Of a stretch of DNA of 64,000 bases, positions 30,701 to 39,900 are shown one piece after another (the stretch's first letter is position 1; every line of letters starts with the position of its first letter). Below the pieces are notes generated by a model, which searched no databases, was not told the origin of the DNA, and saw nothing but the letters and a program-made list of their open reading frames with translations. The stretch lies in IMG/VR virus record IMGVR_UViG_3300005326_000001; one strand, given 5' to 3'. This DNA comes from an uncultured virus (IMG/VR IMGVR_UViG_3300005326_000001) (lineage: Duplodnaviria > Heunggongvirae > Uroviricota > Caudoviricetes). The position numbers and the translations under genes were made by a program.

Positions 30701-33700
30701 GCCCTTAGAAGAATAAGGGAACACAACTCCCAAAACAGGCTAAGGGGCAAGAATAGACTTACAACCGTAAAATTGTCTAAGGAAGATATAACACCTGTTA
30801 AAGCAACACCTGTCAAGGAAGAGCCTGTTAAAGTAGAGCCAAAGAAGGCAGAGAAACCCGTTGAGGCAAAGAAGCCAGCAGAACCTGTGCCTGCCAAGCC
30901 CCAACCTCTTTCTCGTTCTTCCGCTCTTTCTTCTGGTATATCCGAAGAGTCCCATGTATCCTCTGTTCGTTCTGCCCTTATACGTGGGGATAGCGTACCC
31001 GACTCGGTACTTGAGGAGTACAGGGGCAACAAGACCAAGGAGGGTGAGCTATGGGCGGATAACGAACTGGCGAGAAGAAAGAATAACACAGACCCACAAG
31101 CTGATTTTATGGCGGTAATATCCCTCGCCAACAAGATTCCAGACAGGATCACCCCAGACCAAGTATCCATGGTACTTTCCGAAGCCATGAACAAGTTCAA
31201 TCAGGGGAAATATAACCAGTTCAAGGGATGGCTGTTAAGACACAATAATGATGTAAGGGTAAAGAAGGCGGTAGAGGCGTTTGTGGCAGACCCGAAATTT
31301 GCCCGCTCTCCTATGTCCATCCAGCCTTCCCCCGTCTTTACTTCTCCCCAGATACAGAGACGTGCTGATTCGGCTATGTCTAAATGGAAGGGTAGTCCTT
31401 ATAAGGTTTCGGTTATAGATAACTATTTTCAGGTACCCGAAGTATGGAGACGTGATGGCATTAACTGGCTTAACGTGGAATCCTTACTTGCTGGGGATAC
31501 TATATATATACTCCGTGACAGGGTGGCTAACCTCGACAGGATAGACGAACTTATCTTCCATGAAATGTTACATGCGGGGTTACGTGTTGCCTTCGGTAAG
31601 GATATTAACCCCCTCCTGAAACAGGTATATGAATACTTCGATAAGAATGACAACGTAGCCGTACAGGATATGGCTGAAACCTACGAACTGAATCTTGCCA
31701 ACGAAGAGGATAGGCTTACTGTTTCCGAGGAACTTATCGCCAAACTGGCAGAAAACCCAGACAGGAATCCTTCCCTGTGGAGACGTGTAGTTACGTTTAT
31801 TAAGGCGTGGCTATACAGGAATGGGATAACACTGGGGGCTAAACTTAACTCGGATGATATTCGGGCTATAATAATGACCAGCCATGGGATGTACAGACAG
31901 GGGATGACTGATAGCGTGAGTTTTGCAAGAAGAGAGCAGGCCGATACCCCGGAGTTTAAGAGATGGTTTAAAGATAGTGTTGTGACTGTGGACGGGAAAG
32001 CGGGTAGTGAACCGCTGGTGGTTTATCATGGAAGCAAAACACCCAACATAGAATCTTTTGCAGGGAAAGATTTTAAAGAATGGCTTGATAAAGATTACTT
32101 GTCATCGGAAAATACCCAAGCTCAAGGGATTTATTTTTCAAAAGACAAAACTGTTTCGGCAGAATATGGACAGGTGCATGGATACTATTTAAAGATTGAA
32201 AACCCGTTCGTTGGTGATATTGCCGATTTTTACACACCGCTTGCGGATGAAGCTTTGAAATATTTTAACGAAAGCGAAAGCACGGATTACGGGTCGTGGG
32301 AAGAAGCATTCAAGAAAAATGATGATATGGTCCAAAAATTAGAAGATTTGTTTGGCGAAATAGACCAGGAAATGGGGCGCTTATCAAGAGCGGTAGTGCA
32401 TTTGTATGACGAGTTTCATGCCGTGGAACCATCGTGGAGAACGTATGACTTGCAGCAATATGGGCATGATGGACAGGATGATAGTGCTGGTTCAATAGAC
32501 AGGCAAATAATTGCCTTCTCTCCTACTCAAATTAAATCCGCGACCGCAAACATCGGAACCTTTGACCCCAATAATCCCGATATTCGTTATGCTCGTTCTA
32601 ACGATCCCCGTCTTATGCCTAAAGCTGGCGAGTCCGCAGATGACACCCTTGCCCGAATGAAACAGGCGGTTAAAGAGGAAAGAACAAAACCAGAGTCCGA
32701 ACAGAACAAGGCTATTATAACCGCCGGGCAGAATATAGACAATGAGGGAAAAGAAGGGTTCACCACCTATGCCATGAATGAAATGGGCAATACTGCAAAA
32801 GCTATATTGAACTCACTTAAGCCCCTCTCTGAATCTAAGAAGGATATATGGTTCATAGAACAAATGACCTCCTCAAGCGAGACAAGTCTAAAGAAGCACC
32901 CCATGTCAAGGGTTATATACGAAACTGCCCACCAGTCTCCAGATGATGCTGCCAACTTATTTGCAGAAATTGATACCGACACTGACGGACAACGTATCCT
33001 CACCAAGGTTGACGCCCTTGCCGAAAACAACAAGGAGTCCTTTGACAGGGTAAATAGACTTATAAATGAGGCGGATGCATGGAGAGTGGTATTCACCCCT
33101 GAAGAACTCAAAAACGGAATATCCCAAGAGCGAGCCGATAAACTTGCCAAGATGCGCTATGGGTTTAATTCGGAACTCAGTATACGTGAGTTACAGAAAG
33201 GTCTAACCCCTGAAGAACTTGAGGTGTGGAGAGCTGCGAGAACGGGTTCCGAGCATGACCTTGACCTTAAGGTGAAAGCACAACAGGAAAAAATAGACCT
33301 GAAACAGCAGAGGCATGATAACGAATTTGACTCGATTGCCAAGGAAAAACTTTTCGAGGAAATAGAAGAGGACAAAAAGAACCTGAAACACTTACAGTCC
33401 TTGAGGGGTAGCTACTTCCCCCATGACAGGGAATACGGACGCTATAAGATATACGCCAGAAACCCCAAGACTGGCATAACCGTAATGGAAATGCGTTCCG
33501 GTAGAATTGAAGCCGAACAACTTGCACTTGAACTTAGAGGCAAAGGGTTTGTGGCACTGGACGAAAAGACCGCTAAGATTGAGGGTGTGGAACTTGACAA
33601 GACTACCAAGGACAGAATGGTATTCGACCTGCCACAACTACCACATAATCTTCTTCTTGACGCGGGGAAAACCATATCCGCAGAGGCGGTTATAAACACA

Positions 33701-35851
33701 GCGATAGACAAAATACAGACCGAGATAAACTTTAATGGTTACGATAAATTGGAAGACGTGAAGAGTATCACTGTTACAAAAAAAGACAATGAGATTCTTA
33801 TTTCCCCCGTAGACAGACGATATTCCCATGTCTTTAGGAAAGCGGGTGGTCAGTGGTATGTCAAGGAAAAGGACTCCGAGGAAAAGGTATGGCATTTCAA
33901 AGACATTACCCCAGAAAAGGAAGCCAAGATACTCTTCGGAATAAATGAAGCCGAATACAATAGGGCAAGTAGTAGGAATGATGCCCTTGACAGGGAAGCT
34001 GCTGCCATATCCGCCAATATAGATATTATATATAAATCACAGTCTTCCGCAAGTTCCTCTATTCATAGGGCTGACGTAACTGGTCTCGATGTAGTGCAGG
34101 GTTATGAAACGGATATGAGAAAAGCATTCTCTTCCCATTGGATGCGTACCGCCCACGGAATTGCCAAGACCAAGGCACTCACGACAATGCTTGATGCTCT
34201 TCGTGGAACTTATGGACTAAACAAAGAGGACTTTGAGACATACAAGGAATATAGGGAAGCAATTAAGGCACGTAGGCTTGACCCTGCAAGACAGCCCAGA
34301 CTCTATGGCTGGGCGTCCAAACTGATTAAAGACCAGATGGAGACGAGCGCACAGGCTGACAGGTATCTTAGTATTGCTAAGAATATACTTATGATTAAGT
34401 ATCTTGGTCTTAAGATAAATTCAGGTGGAATCAATACCACCGCACTATTTACCACAGTTCCCGCCAATATGTCTGATGTTATCGGTATTCCGCTTCACAA
34501 GACATTCGGTTATATACTTAAGGCAAGCGAGAAATATGCGGATTATGTGTATAGGAAACATGTCCTTAAAGACAAGAATGCAAAATTCAGGGGGCTGTCG
34601 GGCGGTGCGATGAAACTTATGGACGACCTGTACAGGCTTGGATGGGACATGTCCCAGATGAACCAAGAATCCAAGATAGTTGCTATGTCAAAGTGGGGGA
34701 GAAGGTGGAATAATTTTACCCAGTTTACAATGGTTTTCATGAAGAACACTGAGTCATTCAATAGGGCGGTGACAATTCTGGGTTCATATATGGCACTAGA
34801 AGCCAGGGTAGAGAATGGGAAACTTGATCTTACACAGACTGAAATGGAAGGGTATGCTAAACTCGTGGCTGAAAACTCCCACGGAAGTTACGACTCTGTA
34901 TCCAAACCATACCTAGCCCTTGGCAAGACTCCGACTTCCTATGTCACCAAACTGTTTACCACCTTTGCCAAGTTCACCCATACACAGTTAATGCATTCGA
35001 TGGCTATGATGACAGGTTCTCTCCAGCATACAACGCTAAGAAAGAACAAGCATAATTTTATAGGCGCATCCTATATGCTTATGTCTGGGTCGGTAATTGC
35101 TGGTATGTCAGTGGCTATTCCTGCTAAACTTGCTTTTATGGTTATAGGTAAGTTATTTGGGCGTGATGACCCAGAAGAGGATTTTTACAGAACAGCGCAG
35201 GCTTATGGTGGTGATTGGGCAAGTGAGTTTGCGAGAGACGGATTGTTTGGGTTGGTGGGTAATGTGAGACTGAAGGGGTCGCTTGACATACAGCTACCCA
35301 ACGTTCCAATAGGACTCTTTAATGATGTGAAACAGGGATTTGAATATCTGTCACAGGGTGAGACAAGCAGGGGAATAGAGAGATTAGCCCCAACGGTTAT
35401 CGGCAATATATTTAGAAGCGTGAGGGAATATGATGAGGGAGTCACAAAAACTACCAATGCACCACTTTATTATGGCACAACGCAAATTCAACCCACCCTC
35501 TTCGAAACGACACTTCGGATTGGGGCAGGTATAAATGTTGCCAGAACCTCACAACAGCGTGAGCAAATTTATAAGACCCGTAAACTTATGAGTGAGTATC
35601 GGGATAGGCGTACAGAAATATATAACGCCTACACGAGATACTATAACCAGCGTCCACAGGACAGAGACCCCAAGGAATTAGAGAAACTTAGGAAACAGAA
35701 AAATGAGTTCAATGAAAGAATAGAAAGAAATGGATTGGGTGGTGTGTTGTCTAAGATGACCAGTAAATCTATCAGCCGTGTTCTGGAAAGAAGACGCAAA
35801 GTTCCAAAGGAAGAAAGAGCCAGACAACAACGGATATCAGAAGAAGAATAA
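27785..35851 (+). CDS. Large polyvalent ejection protein with ParB-like, zincin peptidase and ADP-ribosyltransferase-like domains
   Basis: VVEGHRRL; FHEMLH...EELIA; TPEFKRWF...VVYHGS...GIYFS...FSPTQIKSA..N.GTFDP..PDIR. Confidence 0.85.
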   Translation: MPDKPELKYDGSYLKQLREYYEPPAPEQKPSTGEFLKDTAGQVGLAGTGAILRTFRGADQDVTSNTLTDELIQYTDTASENYLQKYNTPQSGLLRREIAKTAPSIGYSVGTMGAGLASGLVAGAPVGLAVASGVAFRATRVQKLDELYKVINDSFKKERGRPMSNEEWKQAVYVNDLNNEATKQGAYEALFELVGDALGLKILRGGAKVIGGIGGGGGGAITKTARLTPLQRVRSGFAKMGELQFTEQSTELPTNYMQSLSDYNIQQASGYDLGAKKPTVLGTLKDTASTVGLSTLLLGGGGMVASKGYDMATGQQVIPTNKGDLRINKIEQNLLKNIGKSIESGEITLDMASNMAETYKNSDTVGDGFRFSLNEMIKDYSSGKKKMPPWVNVDEKVYDKAVKEGFSREQAEEVAAKPVEKKRDMVYENTPLDQKKTPILMLDPQSIQLDPEVFQFKTEQQEPIEDVYDPARAGVILAYENENGERFVVEGHRRLELAKRDEVPQMPVQLLRFKDGVTEEQAKTLGGIANIKSGNADIYDTVNFIRNADNEAIKQLGSKPEIRKMKAFAQNASEPLYEAFINRTIQPEIALGIVRLYPKNIGKQNSSLEKLLIAQIPEVTPVAPIQEMPIQTTPEVIPEITIEPQVPPAEPIQPIDPSIPPISPNIAKQATSMGEGLLGAPKPQETTQETWLKSVPNMVDMANKETNVVEQNRMLASLALGLQEIGEKISTGATSKKILEVAKNRLEKIKKPSNVSGVIASQKLPDEKIDKVAKGLGVKPTIRQKKEPVAKTAVAPKPVVTPTLVAQEESKSLIDEAKKYDSVEEFIKAEYAPFLYELPIESQRGIYKRAIESGDVKDRYGVNITFEDFQSANGLGYRYNPKTLDVASYDVFGNDSTIIGGQLADIWNNAHEQKLQVQPKEKPVVAPKSPKAEKPVPVSSLNSYKFYAYKGTGAFAFWIEVDAKNEKDAEKLALRRIREHNSQNRLRGKNRLTTVKLSKEDITPVKATPVKEEPVKVEPKKAEKPVEAKKPAEPVPAKPQPLSRSSALSSGISEESHVSSVRSALIRGDSVPDSVLEEYRGNKTKEGELWADNELARRKNNTDPQADFMAVISLANKIPDRITPDQVSMVLSEAMNKFNQGKYNQFKGWLLRHNNDVRVKKAVEAFVADPKFARSPMSIQPSPVFTSPQIQRRADSAMSKWKGSPYKVSVIDNYFQVPEVWRRDGINWLNVESLLAGDTIYILRDRVANLDRIDELIFHEMLHAGLRVAFGKDINPLLKQVYEYFDKNDNVAVQDMAETYELNLANEEDRLTVSEELIAKLAENPDRNPSLWRRVVTFIKAWLYRNGITLGAKLNSDDIRAIIMTSHGMYRQGMTDSVSFARREQADTPEFKRWFKDSVVTVDGKAGSEPLVVYHGSKTPNIESFAGKDFKEWLDKDYLSSENTQAQGIYFSKDKTVSAEYGQVHGYYLKIENPFVGDIADFYTPLADEALKYFNESESTDYGSWEEAFKKNDDMVQKLEDLFGEIDQEMGRLSRAVVHLYDEFHAVEPSWRTYDLQQYGHDGQDDSAGSIDRQIIAFSPTQIKSATANIGTFDPNNPDIRYARSNDPRLMPKAGESADDTLARMKQAVKEERTKPESEQNKAIITAGQNIDNEGKEGFTTYAMNEMGNTAKAILNSLKPLSESKKDIWFIEQMTSSSETSLKKHPMSRVIYETAHQSPDDAANLFAEIDTDTDGQRILTKVDALAENNKESFDRVNRLINEADAWRVVFTPEELKNGISQERADKLAKMRYGFNSELSIRELQKGLTPEELEVWRAARTGSEHDLDLKVKAQQEKIDLKQQRHDNEFDSIAKEKLFEEIEEDKKNLKHLQSLRGSYFPHDREYGRYKIYARNPKTGITVMEMRSGRIEAEQLALELRGKGFVALDEKTAKIEGVELDKTTKDRMVFDLPQLPHNLLLDAGKTISAEAVINTAIDKIQTEINFNGYDKLEDVKSITVTKKDNEILISPVDRRYSHVFRKAGGQWYVKEKDSEEKVWHFKDITPEKEAKILFGINEAEYNRASSRNDALDREAAAISANIDIIYKSQSSASSSIHRADVTGLDVVQGYETDMRKAFSSHWMRTAHGIAKTKALTTMLDALRGTYGLNKEDFETYKEYREAIKARRLDPARQPRLYGWASKLIKDQMETSAQADRYLSIAKNILMIKYLGLKINSGGINTTALFTTVPANMSDVIGIPLHKTFGYILKASEKYADYVYRKHVLKDKNAKFRGLSGGAMKLMDDLYRLGWDMSQMNQESKIVAMSKWGRRWNNFTQFTMVFMKNTESFNRAVTILGSYMALEARVENGKLDLTQTEMEGYAKLVAENSHGSYDSVSKPYLALGKTPTSYVTKLFTTFAKFTHTQLMHSMAMMTGSLQHTTLRKNKHNFIGASYMLMSGSVIAGMSVAIPAKLAFMVIGKLFGRDDPEEDFYRTAQAYGGDWASEFARDGLFGLVGNVRLKGSLDIQLPNVPIGLFNDVKQGFEYLSQGETSRGIERLAPTVIGNIFRSVREYDEGVTKTTNAPLYYGTTQIQPTLFETTLRIGAGINVARTSQQREQIYKTRKLMSEYRDRRTEIYNAYTRYYNQRPQDRDPKELEKLRKQKNEFNERIERNGLGGVLSKMTSKSISRVLERRRKVPKEERARQQRISEEE

Positions 35852-35875
35852 AAATATCAACAAAGGAGATCGGTT

Positions 35876-36493
35876 ATGAAATATGCAGAGGATGATTTAT
35901 ACAGGGGGGATTTTAAGAGTATCTTAGATGCTACCCTGTTTTACCGCAGGATTATATCTCTGGATTCGCAGAAAAGGATTCAGTATTTAGGATTGGCAGC
36001 CCCAGAGACAAAGACCAGTTCTGCACGCTGGCTTATTCACAGATATACCTATGACGGTTCCACGGACAACCTCCTTACAGATGATGTGGCTGACCATGAT
36101 GCCAGTTTCTCAAAGGAGTGGGATGACAGAACTAAGTATGGATACAGGGTTGCAGATATAGTTGTAGCTGCCGATTCAACACTCGAACTGTACGATTCCA
36201 CTTCTGGCGAAACAGAAGAGGTCGCAATTACAGCGGGTACATACAGCATGTCAAAACTGGCTACCACGATGCAGACACGTATAAACGCAAACGCAGTAGT
36301 TGTTGGTTGGTCTGGTGCCACAGGATGGACGGTGGTGTATTCAGCGGATACCCGCAAATTCACGATTACCACACCGCATATATCAAAAACATTCATTGTA
36401 AAAACAAATACATTCGGTGCCCAGATAGGTTTTGTAAGCGATTCTTCCGCTGGACTAACATGTACATCTGATACCGCACAGACGGAGGTTTAA
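35876..36493 (+). CDS. Virion accessory protein, two domains
   Basis: YLGLAAP.T.TSSARW.I...WDDR domain plus a domain shared with adaptor 3 and the nozzle. Confidence 0.65.
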   Translation: MKYAEDDLYRGDFKSILDATLFYRRIISLDSQKRIQYLGLAAPETKTSSARWLIHRYTYDGSTDNLLTDDVADHDASFSKEWDDRTKYGYRVADIVVAADSTLELYDSTSGETEEVAITAGTYSMSKLATTMQTRINANAVVVGWSGATGWTVVYSADTRKFTITTPHISKTFIVKTNTFGAQIGFVSDSSAGLTCTSDTAQTEV

Positions 36494-36495
36494 CT

Positions 36496-36903
36496 ATGGG
36501 AGGATATATATTAAATCCATTTACAGGTTTACCCGATATGGTATCTGGCAATTTAAGCCGCATATCCGCATCGACCACTACCGCCAATGCCACACCAGCA
36601 ACAATAGCCTCGATACCCTTGGATGAGGGCGTTGTGGTGTTTATAGAAGCCATAGTGACTGGCACAAAATCAGACCAGTCCTCAGTGGGGTGTGCGGTTA
36701 TATCAGGATTGTTCTATAGGGCTACTGGTGGGGATGTAACACAACAGGGCGGAACAGAGGACAGGTCGGTACAACTGTCTGGCACTTGGGATGTAACGTA
36801 TAGTGCCGATACAGTAAATCAGGAAGTTGATATAGTAGTTACGGGTGCTGCCGCTACGGCAATCACCTGGAAGGCAGATGTCTCATATATGGTAATCGGT
36901 TAA
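36496..36903 (+). CDS. Fibre-like protein with N-terminal NPFTG motif
   Basis: MGGYILNPFTG; body is paralogous to the insert in 18576..19616. Confidence 0.65.
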   Translation: MGGYILNPFTGLPDMVSGNLSRISASTTTANATPATIASIPLDEGVVVFIEAIVTGTKSDQSSVGCAVISGLFYRATGGDVTQQGGTEDRSVQLSGTWDVTYSADTVNQEVDIVVTGAAATAITWKADVSYMVIG

Positions 36904-36915
36904 TCAGGAGGTCAC

Positions 36916-39900
36916 ATGAAAAAGTTAGGGATATTTATTTTACTCGCACCCCTTATCCTTTGGGGGTTATATGCCAGCGGTGCTGATAGGTACGGATTTC
37001 GTAACGGGAAGCTGACAGCCTATACAGCCAGTTCAGATACTGTCTATTTTGATATGGATGGTACACATGCGTGGATGACAAAGAGGGCTAATGGTACTCT
37101 AGTAGTTGCCACAAAAGATACGGTTATAGCCGTATATGACAGTACTGGCGTACTTATATATGGTAGCGTGAGTGCCGATTCGCTTTTTGCGGGTGGTGTT
37201 AATGTTATGAGGGCACTTGCTGACTCTACCGATGGGTTAAGGATAGAACTTGAAGCGGCAATAGAAGATTCTCTTGCTGCTAATACTCAGGATTTCAGCA
37301 CACATGCCGATGTATCTGATTCGCTCGCACTTTCTGTATTAAAAGCGGCTATCGGTGATACTCTCGCAAATTCGCATAACCTAATTACAGCCAAAAGACT
37401 GATTTCCAATGAGCAGAAATATTATCCAAGAAGCAATCGCTCTCTGGTAACCTTCACTTTTGACGATGCTTACGAAACCAATTATACAGTTATGTACCCG
37501 ATATTTTCTCGACATGGTGCGGTTGGTGTAACTGCGGTGGTTTCCTCTACTATGGGGACAGCTACTAAAGCCACAGCAGCACAATTACTGATCATGCAAA
37601 ACGGTGGATGGGAGAATATCTCACATACCGCTACTCATGCAAATTTAACAACCCTCACAGTGGCAGAGATAAGAACAGAGCTATCCACTTCCATAACAGC
37701 TATGCAGGATTCCGGACTTGCAAAACCTGAGAATCTGGCATACCCCAATAATGCTCAAAACGCTACTGTTCGGAAAATCGCAAGAGAGTATTTCAGGTCT
37801 GCAAGGGCGGGCGGTAACGTGCTTAATAGCAACCAAATACTTGACACTTACAATCTTCGGTCTGTCGAGTGGAATACTCCTCTTGCGGATTCATTGACAC
37901 AGAGAAAAGCCGATGTGCTTGCTGCATTTCAACAGAATAAGTGGCTGATATTCTACGGACACAATACAATAGCAGCTGATACAACAGCCATGAACACAAT
38001 GCTTGCTTACATTGACTCACTTGGTGTCCCAATAGTTACAATATCCGCAGGACTTGATTCTATCGGGAATGTGGTTGATAATGGCGACAATTTTGCCGTA
38101 TCTGATTTTGGAATAAAGGCAACACAAATAGGGACTAACTATCTAAGGGATGGTGCATTTTGGGTAACAGGGGAATTTATTCCTGCAGGACTCGACTCTT
38201 CAATCAGCATGGATGTGTCCGGAGGTTATGGCAGACTGTATATGCGTGGTGGTGATGGAAATGCTTCGTGGATAACAATGGCAGTTGGAGATTGGCAAAA
38301 GTTTGTAGGGGCAAGCGCAGGATATTTATTCGATGATGACCTCTGGGCTTGGACTCTGTATATGTCCAGAGAAGCTTCGCCCGCCCTTACAGATTCTTCA
38401 TGGAGTGTGGGTCTTGATGGTGACGGTAATCCAGTAGAGACTTTCGCAAGTGCTAATGGCAACAAGGGAACTATAAGACTTGACGGGAATGATGCCTTAA
38501 TATGGAATAGGGCTTCTGGTGGTTATAAATTCGATTACTCTATTAGTCTCAAACCTGATTCCAGATATTCGGATGAAACAGATAGTACCCTAACACATAC
38601 GATTGTTAATGGTGTCCCTGCTGAAAATTATTATGGAACAGATGGTGATACTTATTCACAGTCAATAAATACAGACGACCAAGCAGTATTTAGTGGTGCA
38701 AGCGGGGGTTATAATTTTACAGATGGCAGACCATTATCTACCGCCGATACACTGGCTACATTGCCGGAAGTGAGAATTCTAATCGGAGATTCACTTGCAG
38801 CCAATAGCTATGATTGGGCTACAAATGGAGATGTTGAGGATTCTACCAGTGCTATTTGGGATGACCTGAATCCCCTTAAAACATGGGCTGCTGATGATTC
38901 CGCAAATTACAATACTGCTTATACCAATAACCATGTTCCAACAGCACATGACAGCCTGAATATCGAATCAAAGGGTATAGGCGCAAGTAATTATCAGGAC
39001 AATTCTATTCCTCTATCATCCCTCCGAAAAGGTGTAATGGATTCTACACTTTTTGATGCAAATAAACTTGCAAAAAGTCATATCAATCTCGGTGCAGGAT
39101 GGGATTCGGTAGCGGTAAAAAATGGCGGTCTATCCCTCGATGATATAACCTTTGGTAAAGATGTTGATTTTCTCAATGGAATAGTTACATCAAATGGATT
39201 CAAGGTAAAAACCTATAGCTGGATGAAAAATGATGGTTCTTATGTGTGGGGTGGTGCCGCAAATCAGGGACTACTAACGTGGGATACTGGCAAGGTTATA
39301 TTTAAGGCCACTACCGGGAATTATATAAATATATCGGCAAATGGTAGCAATGATGGATTAGCTATTACTGATACAGGCATAACATCGCAACTCCCTATTA
39401 TTGTAGGCAGTGATACGGTGGCAGTCAGGCATAAAAAGTTTGTCTATGAAGGCGACTCAATAAGCAACGACGCATTGGACTGGCCCGGCCACATGAGACG
39501 TTGGCACAATGAGACTGTAATACCGCAGATTAACTATGCAGCAGGCGGAGCAACCGTTGTAAGTATGGCTGTGGACTATGCAACTCAGGGGCATGTATCA
39601 AAACCAGACTCTATCGGTAAGGACTACTGGTTTTTTATAATGGGTGGGATAAATGACCTGTGTGGCGGGACGGCAGCAACTACAATTTATGATAGCCTTA
39701 AATCTATCTGGGCACAGGCAAGGGCAGATAAATATACAGTTGTTGCATTTACTGTTATGGGGGCGTCTGCTGACGCCGGAATGTCGGAAGCGGACAACAC
39801 GCAAAGGCTTGCATTAAACAGTCTGATATTAAGTGACCCTACGCTTTATGATTATGTAATTCAGCCCGATAAAATATTAAATCCTGCCGACTCAACCTAT

